Shown: positions 32,971 to 45,093, counted from the stretch's first letter. The stretch: DNA of 64,000 nucleotides from Candidatus Latescibacterota bacterium (GCA_964291625.2 OZ220090.1:640001-704000); one strand, 5' to 3'. The notes: generated by a model from the sequence alone, not told the origin. Translations and numbers: made by a program.

Positions 32971-33773
32971 TCAGGACCGCGCCTCCGCCAGCTCCCCCAG
33001 CAGTCGGCTGTAGCGCTCCTCTCCGCCCTCCTCCCAGGCGGTCAGCAGGGCGGAGCCGACGATGCCGATCTCCACCCGCCCGTGCAGGGCCCGCAGGTCG
33101 TCTCCGCCCCGTAGACCGAAGCCGAGGGCCAGGGGCAGGTCGGTGGCGGCGCGGCACGTCTCCAGGAAGCGGTAGAGTTCCTCCTGGAGCTGGGTTCGCT
33201 TTCCCGTGACCCCCTTCCGGGCCACGGCGTAGACGAAGCCCCGGGCACGGCGGCCGAGCTCGGCCAGGCGGCTCTCCGTGTTCGTCGGGGTCATGAGCAG
33301 GACCGGGTCGAGGCGGTGGCTCGCGCTGACGTCGAAGAGGTCGCCGTACTCCTCGTACGGGAGGTCCGGCACGATGAGGCCCGAGCCGCCCGCTGCCCGC
33401 AGCCGTCGGCAGAACTCGCCGTGGCCCGAGCGGAAGAGGGTGTTGTAGTAGCCCATGAACAGGCGGGGGAAGGCGGCCTCCTGACCGGCCTGGTGGAAGA
33501 AGTCGAAGTAGGTGCGGAGGGTGATCCCCCGGGACAGGGCCTCCTGGTTGGCGCGCACAAAGGTGGGCCCGTCCGCAACCGGCTCGCTGAAGGGCATCTG
33601 CAGCTCCACCAGGTCGATGTCGTGCACGGCCATGGACCGCAGCATGGCGCGGTTCGCCTCCAGCGACGGGTAGCCGACGATGAGGTGGGTCATCAGCAGG
33701 ACCCGGCGGTCCGCGCCCGCCAGGCGCCCTCGTACGTAGGCCTCGAGACCGCCGGCCCCCGTTCCGGGCGGGT

Positions 33774-33777
<4 letters not shown>
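32971..33777 (-). CDS. trpA: Tryptophan synthase alpha chain
   Basis: ELQMPFSEPVADGP, MGYYN, VPDLP, GFVYAV..GVTG, LGFG, IVGSA. Confidence 0.93.
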
Positions 33778-35063
<1,286 letters not shown>

Positions 35064-35073
35064 GGCCGCGGCC

Positions 35074-36666
35074 TCAATCGATGAGCTGCGCCCTCTTCAA
35101 CGCCTCGAGCATCGTGGCGTTGCCGGGCGATTCCTCCTTCTCCTGCTGCCGGCGCTCCTCGAACTCCCGGAGGTTCGTCTCCCCCTCCACCTGCTCGGCC
35201 CGCTTCAGGGAGAGACGGAAGCGCTTGCGCCGGTCGTCGATCTCGAGAATCGCCACCTTCACCTCCTCGCCCTGGGAGAGGACGTCGCGGGGGTGGTTGA
35301 CCCGCCGGCTCGCCATCTCGGAGACGTGGATCAGGCCTCGCACGTTCGGCGCCAGCTCGACGAAGGCGCCGAAGTCCTCCAGAGCCTCGACCCTGCCGGT
35401 CACCACGGAGCCGGCACGGAAGCGCTCCCGCGCCTCGGTCCACGGGTTCTTCTCCAGCGCCTTCAGGCTCAGGGAGATCCGTTCCTTGCGCCGGTCTCCC
35501 AGGTTCTTCACGGCGATGACCTTGACCTTGACCTCCTGCCCCGGCTGCACCACGTCCTGGGGGTGGGCGACACGCTCGTGCCGGAGCTCCGAGACGTGGA
35601 CCAGCCCCTCGACGCGCCCCCCGAGGTCGACGAAGGCCCCGAATTTCTCGAGGCGGGTCACCGAGCCGGTCAGCTCGGCCCCCTCGGTGACCGTCTCGCG
35701 GACGTTGAGGGCATCCTCCGCCTGCTCGGCCTCGAGCAGGGCCCGCCGGGAGAGGACGATGCTTCGGCCCCGGTCGCGGAAGCGGATGATCTTGAAGGCC
35801 ATGGTCTGGTTGCGGAACCGCTCCGGATCCTCGGTGAAGCCGGTGTCGATCTGGGATACCGGACAGAAGGCGCGCAAGCCCTCGAGGGAGACGCCGAGAC
35901 CCCACTTGTTGACGGCCATCACCGTGCCCTCCACCGGCTGTCCCGACTTGAAGGCCTTGTACAGCAGGTCGGACTGGCGGGCCTCGCCGCTGGGGTAGCG
36001 GGACAGGGCGACTTCGCCGGAGTCGCCGACGATGAACGCTTCGATCGGGTCTCCCGCCTGGAAAGCGATCTCCCCGTCCTCCCCCCGGAGCTCGTCGACG
36101 CGGATCACCCCCTCGCTGCGACCTCCGAAATCGACGAAGGCCTCGTCCTCGCCGATGCGGACCACCACGCCGCTGACCCGGCTGCCCACCTTCGGCGCCT
36201 GGGCATCGGCCGCCGGAGCCCGGTCCGCCAGCAGGGACGCCATGTCCCCTCCGGGATCGGCCGGACCGCCGGGAGCCCCTGAATCCTCGGGGGTTGGTCC
36301 CGCCGCCGGGGCGACACCGTCTTCCGACGTGGCCGTAGATGGCTCCGCCGCGAGAGCGGATTCCTGGGCCCCGGGGATCTCCTGCGCGGTGGCGGCGGCG
36401 TCCTCCGGTGTGGATTCCATGGCCTCGGGATCCTGGGCCGCAGCCGTGGTGTCCTCCATGGCCGTCGCGTCCGCCGCCGTGGCCGCGGGGGTGTCCTCCG
36501 CGGGGGGGGAGTCATCCCCCGTCTCGGAGGAGTCCGCTGCCCCCGACGGTTCCGGCGTTTCCGCGGACACCTCGGGACCGTCGCGGGGAGGCTCCTCCGC
36601 CCCCTCCGCATCCGGGGGGCGGAGCTCGTCGTGCGGTTCGCTGTCGGAGGGCTGAGGGCCGGACAT
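35074..36666 (-). CDS. Ribosomal protein S1-like protein, four S1 domains, acidic disordered N-terminus
   Basis: Four S1 repeats (AFVDFGGRSEG, RAFCPVSQI, FGAFVDLG..GLVHVSEL, FGAFVEL..GLIHVSEM); AGGAG RBS fits the ATG at 36666. Confidence 0.88.
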   Translation of the reverse strand: MSGPQPSDSEPHDELRPPDAEGAEEPPRDGPEVSAETPEPSGAADSSETGDDSPPAEDTPAATAADATAMEDTTAAAQDPEAMESTPEDAAATAQEIPGAQESALAAEPSTATSEDGVAPAAGPTPEDSGAPGGPADPGGDMASLLADRAPAADAQAPKVGSRVSGVVVRIGEDEAFVDFGGRSEGVIRVDELRGEDGEIAFQAGDPIEAFIVGDSGEVALSRYPSGEARQSDLLYKAFKSGQPVEGTVMAVNKWGLGVSLEGLRAFCPVSQIDTGFTEDPERFRNQTMAFKIIRFRDRGRSIVLSRRALLEAEQAEDALNVRETVTEGAELTGSVTRLEKFGAFVDLGGRVEGLVHVSELRHERVAHPQDVVQPGQEVKVKVIAVKNLGDRRKERISLSLKALEKNPWTEARERFRAGSVVTGRVEALEDFGAFVELAPNVRGLIHVSEMASRRVNHPRDVLSQGEEVKVAILEIDDRRKRFRLSLKRAEQVEGETNLREFEERRQQEKEESPGNATMLEALKRAQLID

Positions 36667-36699
36667 GTCCATCTCCTGGAGGTTCGTGCCGGCGCGCGC

Positions 36700-37668
36700 C
36701 TAGGGGAGCAGAAGGACCTTGCCGGTGGTCCTGCGCCCCTCCAGGGCGCGGTGGGCGTCGGCGGCGGCGGCCAGCTCGTAGCGGGCGCCGACCCGGACCT
36801 CGAGCCGGCCCTGGGCGGTCCAGTCGAGAACCTCACCGGCGCGATCGAGCAACTCCTGCCGGGTGAGGGTGTAGTGGGCCATGGTCGGCCGCGTCAGAAA
36901 GAGCGACCCCTTCTGGCTGAGAACCTGGGGATCGACGGGAGGCACGGGTCCGCTCGACTGGCCGAAGAGGACCATGGTGCCCCGGGGCTTGAGCGAGTCG
37001 AGGCTCCTGTCGAAGGTCGTCTGCCCCACCGAGTCGTAGACCACCTCCACGCCGGCGCCTCCGGTGAGGCGCTGCACCTCTTCCCCGAAGTCGGCCTCCG
37101 TGTAGCGGATGACCTCGTCGGCCCCCGCTCCGCGGGCCAGTTCCTCCTTCTCCGGTGTGGAGACGGTGGCCAGCACTCGCGCCCCCTTCATCCTGGCCAT
37201 CTGCACCAGCAACAGGCCGACGCCGCCGGCCGCGGCGTGGACGAGCGCCGTGTCTCCCGCTTTCAGGACGTAGGTGCCGGTAACCAGGTAGTGGGCGGTC
37301 ATGCCCTGAAGGAGGACCGCCGCCGCATCGGCGGGCTCGGTCCTCTCGGGCAGGGGCACCACGTGGCCGGCGGGCACCGCGGCCAACTCGGCGTAAGCCC
37401 CCTGAACACCGGCATAGGCGACGCGGTCACCGGCGGCCACTCCCTCGACGCCTTCTCCCACGGCGACGACGCTTCCGGCCCCCTCCATTCCCGGTACGCA
37501 GGGCAGATCCACGGGATAGAGGCCCGAGCGGTGATAGGTGTCGATGTAGTTGAGACCGACCGCCTCGTGCCGGACCACCACCTCTCCGGGGCCGGCGGTC
37601 GGCTCCGGCACCTGCTCGAAGGAGAGGACCTCGGGGCCGCCGTGCTCGTGGAAACGGATCGCCTTCAT
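36700..37668 (-). CDS. qor: NADPH:quinone oxidoreductase (zeta-crystallin)
   Basis: GLNYIDTYHRSG, LQGMTAHYL, HAAAGGVG, YDSVG, GSLFLTRP. Confidence 0.93.
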   Translation of the reverse strand: MKAIRFHEHGGPEVLSFEQVPEPTAGPGEVVVRHEAVGLNYIDTYHRSGLYPVDLPCVPGMEGAGSVVAVGEGVEGVAAGDRVAYAGVQGAYAELAAVPAGHVVPLPERTEPADAAAVLLQGMTAHYLVTGTYVLKAGDTALVHAAAGGVGLLLVQMARMKGARVLATVSTPEKEELARGAGADEVIRYTEADFGEEVQRLTGGAGVEVVYDSVGQTTFDRSLDSLKPRGTMVLFGQSSGPVPPVDPQVLSQKGSLFLTRPTMAHYTLTRQELLDRAGEVLDWTAQGRLEVRVGARYELAAAADAHRALEGRRTTGKVLLLP

Positions 37669-37790
37669 CGGTTCGGGCGGGTTCGGGGATTCGGTTCGGT
37701 GGGAGAGGAAGTCATCGTGGGGAGACTGACAAAGTTACGTGTGCCGATCCGATTTGAGCAAGACGCACACCGACACCGCGGCCGAGAGGG

Positions 37791-39263
37791 TCAGTCCCCC
37801 CGCAGGGACAGAACCGGCGAGTAGGGCCGCAGGAGGGTGCGCTCCCACCACACGCCTCGACGCCGCGCCTCCCCGTGGCTGAAGCGGTACTCGTAGAGGT
37901 GGGCGCGCAGGTACCGCGGCGGAGGGCCGCCGCCGAAGGGATCCTCCGCCAGCAGCCCGAGGACGGGGGGAGACCCCTCCAGCAGGCGGCGGGCGAAGGC
38001 GTGGAACCAGGGCGCCCTCTCGAAGCGGCGCAGGGCGGCGAACCACATCTGCCAGTCCAGGCGCGGCATGTGCGGCCCGGCGAAGGAAGGCCGGCGGTCG
38101 ACGGCCGTCGGCTTGTACCGGAACCGGTAGGCGCGCCACTCGACGCCGTCCCGGCTGCCCTCGAGGACGATCTCCGGTCGGGATGTGGTCATGGTCGCGA
38201 AGAGCCCGTACGAGCTCGACAGATGGAGAGGCCCCAGCCAGCGCTGCAGTTCGAAGAGAGGCCCGACGCGGCCCACGTCCACCCCCAGGGTGGCGGCCAT
38301 CCGCAGGCAGCTCAGGACGAGGATCAGGGCCGCCGCCGCCAGCCGGAGCCGCCGCCAGCGAGGAGCCTGGCTCTCGGCCCCGGCGGCGCGGCCGAAGACC
38401 GCGTCGTCGAGCAGCGGCAGACAGAGGACAAGGGCGAGGAGGTTGAAGAATCCGTAGTTGCCGGTGGCCGCTATCCCCAGTTGCAGCAGGGCAAAGCCGG
38501 CTGCCGCGGCGAGCCGGAAGCGGCGTGGACCGAAGACAGCGAAGGGCAGGACCAGCTCCACGCCGAAGAGGAGCAGCGTCTCGGCCGTGTGCACCGCTGG
38601 AGGGAGGTGGTGGGCGAACCAGCTCGTCCACGCCGGGATCGGCTGGGTCTGGTAGTGGTGCTCCATCGCCGTCAGACCCCGCCACGCGGAGTCCCCGCTC
38701 AGGAGCTTGACCACCCCCGAGGACCACATGAGCCGGAAGATCAGCCAGCGCAGGAGCCAGGTGACAGCCCTCGACGGAGGTTCGTCCCACACCCGGCGGG
38801 GACGCCAGGCCAGGGGCGCCCACAGCACCGCCAGCACACCCGCCTCCAGGAGCAGCACGTCCCACTGGTAGGAGAGGAACTGCTGGCCCGCGACGTATAC
38901 CGAAAGGTATAGCAGCCAGCACAGAGCCAGGGACAGGGCCGAAGCCACCCCGGCGGCCGCCAGCAGCGCGGCGGCGCAGCCCGCGGCGCACAGGGCGTGC
39001 AGGGCGGTGTCTCCCGCGTCGATCCAGAGCAGGGTGGGAAAGTGCCACCAGGCCGAAGGCCCGAGCGTCTCCCCGGCCCACCGAAGGGTCTCGGCCACCG
39101 GAAGGATTCCGCGCGAACCGACGAGCCCCTCGGCCTGGCTCCAGAAAGAGGCGAAGGCCAGGAGATAGACCAGCCCCATGGCGCGGACGAAGCAGGCCCT
39201 GGGCACCAGGACCCGCCCGGCTGCCCGGGCCGCGGCGGAGACCTTCGCTTCCAGCCAGCGCAT
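37791..39263 (-). CDS. Lipase maturation factor family membrane protein
   Basis: QWDVLLLEAG, FRLMWSSGVVKL, HHYQTQPIP, TGNYGFFN, YGLFATMT, HMPRLDWQMWFAAL. Confidence 0.92.
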   Translation of the reverse strand: MRWLEAKVSAAARAAGRVLVPRACFVRAMGLVYLLAFASFWSQAEGLVGSRGILPVAETLRWAGETLGPSAWWHFPTLLWIDAGDTALHALCAAGCAAALLAAAGVASALSLALCWLLYLSVYVAGQQFLSYQWDVLLLEAGVLAVLWAPLAWRPRRVWDEPPSRAVTWLLRWLIFRLMWSSGVVKLLSGDSAWRGLTAMEHHYQTQPIPAWTSWFAHHLPPAVHTAETLLLFGVELVLPFAVFGPRRFRLAAAAGFALLQLGIAATGNYGFFNLLALVLCLPLLDDAVFGRAAGAESQAPRWRRLRLAAAALILVLSCLRMAATLGVDVGRVGPLFELQRWLGPLHLSSSYGLFATMTTSRPEIVLEGSRDGVEWRAYRFRYKPTAVDRRPSFAGPHMPRLDWQMWFAALRRFERAPWFHAFARRLLEGSPPVLGLLAEDPFGGGPPPRYLRAHLYEYRFSHGEARRRGVWWERTLLRPYSPVLSLRGD

Positions 39264-39427
39264 ATCCCTGGTACCCTAGCGCGCCATCCCCCGGCGCTCC
39301 AGTTCCGTGGTGGGCCGGCCGTCGGTTGGACGCCTACGGTCCCGCCGTCTTGACCCTCGCCGCTCCCCCCAGTAGCCTACCGCCTCTCCGAACCGGACCT
39401 CTCTTCTCTCCAGACTCCAGGAGTTCC

Positions 39428-40849
39428 ATGGCGCCGCGCAAGAGACCCCTCAACCTCGTCCTCTTCGGCGTCGACAGCCTGCGCGCCGACCACATGAGCT
39501 GTTACGGCTATCCGCGGCTGACGACCCCTCACATCGACCGCCTCGCCGGCGAGGGCGTCCTCTTCGAACGCAACTACTCGGCCCACATCCCCACCACCTC
39601 GGCCTACGCCTCCATGCTCACCGGCCTCGACGCCTTCTCCACCACCGTCGTGGCCCTGCGCCACAAGGGCGGTCTTCCCGACCACGTGGTCACGCTCCCC
39701 GAGATCCTGGGCGAGGCCGGATACGAGACCAGCTGCGTCGGCTTCAGCGGCAATGCCAGCTCGCGGGGGTTCGGCACCTACCTCGACTACCCGGCCTGGG
39801 GCAGCTGGAGCGAGGGCCGCAGCCCGAAGGCGGACCGGCTCAACGACGTGGCCGTTCCGGAGCTTGAGCGCCTGGCCGCGGGCGACAAGCCCTTCTTCCT
39901 CTTCCTGCGCCACATGGACCCCCACGCGCCCTACCTGCCGCCGGAGCCCTTCGAGCGCATGTTCTACTCCGGCGACGAGCTCGACCCGGCCAACCGCTCC
40001 ATGGACCCGGTCATGGAGTTCAAGCCCTTCTGCGACTTCTTCGCCGACTGGATGCCGCCGGGGATCACCGACGCCGACTACGTCACCGCCCAGTACGACG
40101 GCGCCGTGGCCTACATGGACGCGGCGATACAGCGGCTCCTCACCCGCCTCGACGAGCTCGGCCTGCGCGACGACACCCTCGTCGTCCTCAACGGCGACCA
40201 CGGCGAGACCCTCTACGAGCACGAGTGCTGGTTCGACCACCACGGCCTCTACGAGAACACCCTGCACGTCCCTTTGATCCTGCGCCTCCCCGGACGGCTG
40301 CCCGGGGGACGACGCGTCGGCGGTTACGCCCGCCACCAGGACCTGGTGCCGACGATCCTGCAACTGCTGCGGGTGGGCGGCGTGAAGATCGACTTCGACG
40401 GCGCCTCCCTGCTGCCGTTGATCGACGGCCGGCGGCCGAGCCACGCCTCCGAGTCCTACATCACCGAGTGCACGTGGATGCGCAAGCACGGTTGGCGCAC
40501 ACCGCAGTGGAAGCTGATCGTGGCCCTGGAGCCCGACTTCCACTTCAAGCCGGAGGTCGAGCTCTACAACCTCGTCGAGGACCCCCTGGAGCTGAGGAAC
40601 CTGGCGGACCGCGAGAAGGGCGTGGTTGCCGCCCTGCGGGAGCGGCTCGAGAGCTGGGTGGCCCGGCGCGAGAGGGATACGGGGCGCGTCAACCCCATGT
40701 ACACCAACCTCGACTGGCACGGCTCCAGGACCCACCAGGGGCCCTTCACCTCGTCGCAGCAGGCCTACGACACCCTGCACATCGGCTCGGTGGGCGCCGC
40801 CGACCGGCTGCAGGCCGGCGGCAAGAAGAGAGCCGGGAAGAAAGGCTAG
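39428..40849 (+). CDS. Sulfatase-like (alkaline phosphatase superfamily) hydrolase
   Basis: DSLRADH, ASMLTG, HMDPHAPY, GDHGE, ELYNL..DPLE; nucleophile position is Thr. Confidence 0.88.
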   Translation: MAPRKRPLNLVLFGVDSLRADHMSCYGYPRLTTPHIDRLAGEGVLFERNYSAHIPTTSAYASMLTGLDAFSTTVVALRHKGGLPDHVVTLPEILGEAGYETSCVGFSGNASSRGFGTYLDYPAWGSWSEGRSPKADRLNDVAVPELERLAAGDKPFFLFLRHMDPHAPYLPPEPFERMFYSGDELDPANRSMDPVMEFKPFCDFFADWMPPGITDADYVTAQYDGAVAYMDAAIQRLLTRLDELGLRDDTLVVLNGDHGETLYEHECWFDHHGLYENTLHVPLILRLPGRLPGGRRVGGYARHQDLVPTILQLLRVGGVKIDFDGASLLPLIDGRRPSHASESYITECTWMRKHGWRTPQWKLIVALEPDFHFKPEVELYNLVEDPLELRNLADREKGVVAALRERLESWVARRERDTGRVNPMYTNLDWHGSRTHQGPFTSSQQAYDTLHIGSVGAADRLQAGGKKRAGKKG

Positions 40850-40865
40850 CCGCCGGCGCCGGTGG

Positions 40866-42029
40866 TCAGCCCGGCCGGACCTGCTCGAAGGCCCAGTCGA
40901 GCCAGGGAGTGAGAGCCTCCATGTCGGAGGTCTCCACCGTCGAGCCGCCCCAGATGCGCAGGCCGGGAGGTGCGGCGCGGTACGACCCGATGTCGCAGGC
41001 GGCCCCCTCCCTCTCCAGCATCCGCGCCAGATCCCGCGCCCGGGCGGCCTGTTCCGCGGCGGGCCGAGCCGCCCAGGCGCCGTCGACGACGCGCAGACAG
41101 ATGGAGGTGCTCGAACGGGTCCGCGGGCGGCGGGCGAGGAAGTCGATCCAGTCCCGCGCCCCCGCCCAGGCCTCCAGGACCGCCAGGTTGGCCCGCGAGC
41201 GCCGCACCAGCTCGGGCAGGCCGCCGATCGACTCCGCCCAGAGCAGCCCGTCGATGGCGTCCTCGACGCAGAGCATGGAAGGCGTGTTGATGGTGCGCCC
41301 CTCGAAGAGCCCCTCGTCGAGGGCGCCGGAGGCGGTCATGCGGAACAGCTTCGGCAGCGGCCATGGAGGGGTGTAGGAGAGCAGCCGCTCCACCGCCCGG
41401 GGACCGAGGACCAGCATGCCGTGGGCGGCCTCGCCCCCCATCACCTTCTGCCACGACCAGGTGACGACGTCGAGCTTCTCCCAGGGCAGGTCCATGGCGA
41501 AGGCGGCCGACGTGGCGTCGCAGATCGTCAGGCCCCGGCGGTTGGGGGCGATCCAGTCCGCGTCCGGGACCCGGACCCCCGACGTCGTACCGTTCCAGGT
41601 GAAGACCACGTCGCGGTCTCCGTCCACCTGACGCAGGTCCGGCAGCTCGCCGTAGTCCGCCAGCAGGGGCCGCACGTCGGAGAGGGGCAGCTGGCGGGTC
41701 AGGTCCGTCACCCATCCCCGGCCGAAACTCTCCCAGGCCAGCACGTCGACCCCCCTCGGGCCGAGGAGGGACCAGAGGGCCATCTCCACGGCGCCCGTGT
41801 CCGAAGCCGGGACCACGGCGACGCGGTGATCGGCGGGCACGCCGAGAACGGCCCGGCTGCGCTCGATGACTTCCCGCAGCCGCCCCTCGCCGGCGGGGCT
41901 CCGGTGCGAGCGGCCGACCATAGCGTCGGCCAGGGCCGCCAGAGACCACCCCGGCCGCTTGGCGCAGGGGCCGGAGGAGAAACAGGGGTTGCCCGGCTTC
42001 CTCTCCGGCCTCGGCGGCTCAGTCGACAT
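40866..42029 (-). CDS. serC: Phosphoserine aminotransferase (Methanosarcina-type)
   Basis: [50 protein letters not shown]. Confidence 0.92.
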   Translation of the reverse strand: MSTEPPRPERKPGNPCFSSGPCAKRPGWSLAALADAMVGRSHRSPAGEGRLREVIERSRAVLGVPADHRVAVVPASDTGAVEMALWSLLGPRGVDVLAWESFGRGWVTDLTRQLPLSDVRPLLADYGELPDLRQVDGDRDVVFTWNGTTSGVRVPDADWIAPNRRGLTICDATSAAFAMDLPWEKLDVVTWSWQKVMGGEAAHGMLVLGPRAVERLLSYTPPWPLPKLFRMTASGALDEGLFEGRTINTPSMLCVEDAIDGLLWAESIGGLPELVRRSRANLAVLEAWAGARDWIDFLARRPRTRSSTSICLRVVDGAWAARPAAEQAARARDLARMLEREGAACDIGSYRAAPPGLRIWGGSTVETSDMEALTPWLDWAFEQVRPG

Positions 42030-42366
42030 GGTCCCGCAGATCGAAGACGCACTCCATGGAGGCCCACCACTCCCCCTCCTGCGCCTCGGGCACCCGCTCC
42101 TGGAAGGTGCGCATCAGCTCGTCCCACTCGGCGGCCCTGGGGTTCTGCTCCACGTAGCGGGCGAAGTCCCGGGCCGGGTCGAAGTCGTCGGTCGTCGTCA
42201 TGTGCATGAACATGCGACGGCCGAGCAGGTAGATGAGCATCCCTTCGATACCCACCTCCTTCAGACCCTGGAGCGGCTCCGGCCACGGGTGGCGGTGGTA
42301 CTCCTTGTAGCGCTCGATGATCTGCGGATCGTCCTTCAGGTTCAGGGTCAGTGCGTAGTGCTTCAT
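42019..42366 (-). CDS. L-rhamnose mutarotase family protein
   Basis: [32 protein letters not shown]; ATGA overlap with glcF. Confidence 0.85.
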   Translation of the reverse strand: MKHYALTLNLKDDPQIIERYKEYHRHPWPEPLQGLKEVGIEGMLIYLLGRRMFMHMTTTDDFDPARDFARYVEQNPRAAEWDELMRTFQERVPEAQEGEWWASMECVFDLRDHVD

Positions 42367-43702
42367 TCCTCCTCCTCCTCCTCTGCGCGATAGGCCGCCG
42401 CCAGCAGCGACACGGGGTGCTCCACCCGGGCCGTCCCTCCCCGCCGGCGCAGGCCGACCTCGATCTGCACGGCGCACCCCGGGTTGCCGGTGGCCACCAC
42501 CTCGGCGCCGGTGGCGGCCAGGTGTCCCAGCTTGCGCTCCAGGAGCGCCGCCGACATCTCCGGCTGCGTGATGTTGTAGATACCCGCCGAGCCGCAGCAC
42601 CAGTCGGACTCGGCCAGCTCCACCAGCTCCAGCCCCGGGATGGCGGCCAGGATCTCCCGGGGCTGCTGACTCACTCCCTGGCCGTGCTTCAGGTGGCAGG
42701 ACTCGTGGCAGGTGACGCGCAGTGGGCCGCCGGCGGCGCCTTGCAGGGCGGCCCGGGGCGGCCTCGGGCCGACCTCCGCCAGCAGCTCGTGCACGTCCCG
42801 GACCTTGCGGGCCCACTCCGCGGCCCGGCCCCGGTAGACGGGGTCGCCGGCCAGCAGCCGGTCGTAGTGCTTCACGTGGGAGCCGCACCCCCCGGCGTTG
42901 ACGACGACGGCGTCGAGACGCTCCAGGTCGAAGGCGTCGAGGTTGGCCCGCGCCAGCTGCCGCGCCGCCTCGGCCTCGCCGTTGTGGCCGTGGAGGGAGC
43001 CGCAGCACTCCTGATCCGGCGGCAACTCCACCTCGCAGCCGTTGGCCTGCAGGACCTCGATCGTGTCGGCGTTGACGTGGGCGAAGGCGAGGTCCTGCAC
43101 GCAGCCGCTGACCAGGCCGACCCGCTTCGACGGCGGCTTCGGATTGCGGGCCTCGTAGCGGCGGGCGAACAGCTCATGGGTGAACCGGGGGCTGACGCGC
43201 GGCGTCAGCGGCTCCAGCTCGCGCAGACGCCGCGGCGCCAGCCGCAGCAGTCCCAGGCCGCGCACGGTCCGCTCGAACCCCCAGCGCTGGTAGATGCGCA
43301 GCAGGCGGCCGAGGACATGCAGCCGCCGCCGCGAGGTGAACAGCCACCGCAGCATGAACCCGCGGACCACCGAGCGCCCGGGCGCCGCCAGGACGCCGCT
43401 GCGCTCCACCTCGGCCCGGGCCGTCTCGATGAGCCGGGCGTAGTCGACGCCGGCGGACAGGCGGTCTGGCAGGCCAGGCAGCCGAGACAGAAGTACATCT
43501 CGTCGGCGAAGCTCTCCCCCACCTCCAGGCGGCCCTCGGCGACGGCCCGCATCATGGCGATGCGGCCCCGGGGGGAGGAACGCTCCCTCAAGGTGGCGTC
43601 GTAGGTCGGGCAGGTGGGCAGGCACATGCCGCAGTGCATGCACTGCTGGAGGACGGAGAAGTCGAGGCCCCGGAGCAGGTTGGGTTCGGCTGAGCGGTCC
43701 AC
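42363..43702 (-). CDS. glcF: GlcF-like Fe-S subunit (2x4Fe-4S + two CCG domains); apparent frameshift near 43455
   Basis: CMHCGMCLPTCP, CLGCLACQTACP then (A)GVDY in the next frame; CCGSLH, HESCHLKH, CCGSAGIYN, NPGC. Confidence 0.88.
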
Positions 43703-43704
43703 GG

Positions 43705-45093
43705 TCAGTCGAAGATCTTGCCGGGATTGAGGATCGCCGCCGGGTCGAAGGCGGCCTTCAACCGCCGCATCGCCTCCAGGGGCGCGGTGCCGACAGCGTC
43801 GGGCAGGAAGGGCTTCTTGGCGAGGCCGACGCCGTGCTCCCCGGTGATCGTGCCGCCCATGGCCACGGCGGCCTGGAAGACCTCCTTCATCGCCGCCTCG
43901 ACGCGCTCCATGGCCGCGGCGTCGCGCTCGTCGGCCAGGAAGGTGGGGTGGAGGTTGCCGTCTCCCATGTGCCCGAAGGTGCCGATCGTCACCCCGTGGT
44001 CGCGGGCGACGCGCTGGATCTCGGCTACCATGCGGGCGAGCTCGCTGCGGGGCACGGTGACGTCCTCGAGGATCACCGTGGGCGCCCGCCGGGCCAGGGC
44101 GCTGAAGGCCGTCCTGCGGGCGCTGGCCAGCTGCGCCGCCTCCGACGCCGACGCCGCCCGGCGGACCTCGCGGGCCCCGTGGCCGCGGGCGATCTCCTCC
44201 ACCCGGGCCGCCTGCTCCTCCACCTCCCCCGGGTGGCCGTCGACCTCCATCAGGGTCACCGCCTCCACGTCGGTGGGCAGCCCTATGCGGGCGTACCCCT
44301 CGACGCACTCCACCGTGGTCCGGTCGAGGAACTCCAGGGTGCAGGGGATGATGCGGGCCCGGATGACGGCCGAGATCGTCTCGGCGGCGTCGGTCATGCG
44401 GTCGAACAGTCCCAGGAGAGTGGCCCTCGCCGCCGGCGCCGGGATCAGCTTGAGGGTGATGCGGGTGATGATCCCCAGGCTGCCCTCCGAGCCGATGAAC
44501 AGGTCGCGCAGGGAGAAGCCGGCCACGTCCTTGACGCACCGGGTCCCGGTCTCCAGGACGGTGCCGTCGGCGAGCACCACCTGCAGGGCCATGACGTAGT
44601 CGCGGGTGACGCCGTACTTCAGCCCCCGCAGGCCGCCGGAGTTGTTGGCCACGTTGCCGCCGATGGTGGAGATCTTGATCGATCCGGGGTCGGGCGGGTA
44701 GAACAGGCCGGCTGCCGCCGCCTCGTCGGCCACCCGCTGGGTGAGCACCCCGGGCTCGACGACCATGGCCAGGTTGGCGGCGTCGACCTCGAGGATGCGG
44801 TCGAGCTTGACCAGGCACACCACCAGGCTGCCCTCGGATGGCACGGATCCGCCGGCCAGCCCGGTGCCGGAGCCGCGGGTGACCACCGGCACGCCGTGGC
44901 GGCTGGCCAGGGCCGCGATCTCCGCCACCTGATCCACGCGCTCGGGCAGGACGACGCACGCCGGCGGCTGACGCAGAGTGGCGGTGCCGTCGAAAGCGTA
45001 CACGGCCAGCTCCTCCGGTCCGGTGAGCACGGCGTCGGCGCCGGCGGCCTCCCGCAGGGCGGCGAGAAAGGCGGGATCGTCCGCCGCGGTCAC
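43705..45093 (-). CDS. glcD: GlcD-like FAD-linked 2-hydroxyacid oxidase subunit
   Basis: RGSGTGLAGG, PPDPGS, KYGVTRDY, GSEGSLG, GHMGDGNLHP, GEHGVG, LNPGK. Confidence 0.9.
   Translation of the reverse strand: MTAADDPAFLAALREAAGADAVLTGPEELAVYAFDGTATLRQPPACVVLPERVDQVAEIAALASRHGVPVVTRGSGTGLAGGSVPSEGSLVVCLVKLDRILEVDAANLAMVVEPGVLTQRVADEAAAAGLFYPPDPGSIKISTIGGNVANNSGGLRGLKYGVTRDYVMALQVVLADGTVLETGTRCVKDVAGFSLRDLFIGSEGSLGIITRITLKLIPAPAARATLLGLFDRMTDAAETISAVIRARIIPCTLEFLDRTTVECVEGYARIGLPTDVEAVTLMEVDGHPGEVEEQAARVEEIARGHGAREVRRAASASEAAQLASARRTAFSALARRAPTVILEDVTVPRSELARMVAEIQRVARDHGVTIGTFGHMGDGNLHPTFLADERDAAAMERVEAAMKEVFQAAVAMGGTITGEHGVGLAKKPFLPDAVGTAPLEAMRRLKAAFDPAAILNPGKIFD

Noticed and set aside
35064-35074. 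trp attenuator or T-box upstream of trpB
   Set aside because: Only 10 nt separate the S1 gene from trpB, leaving no room for a leader.
36370-36500. Tandem repeat or CRISPR-like array
   Set aside because: Degenerate in-frame coding repeats in the S1 tail; no identical repeats with spacers and no cas genes.
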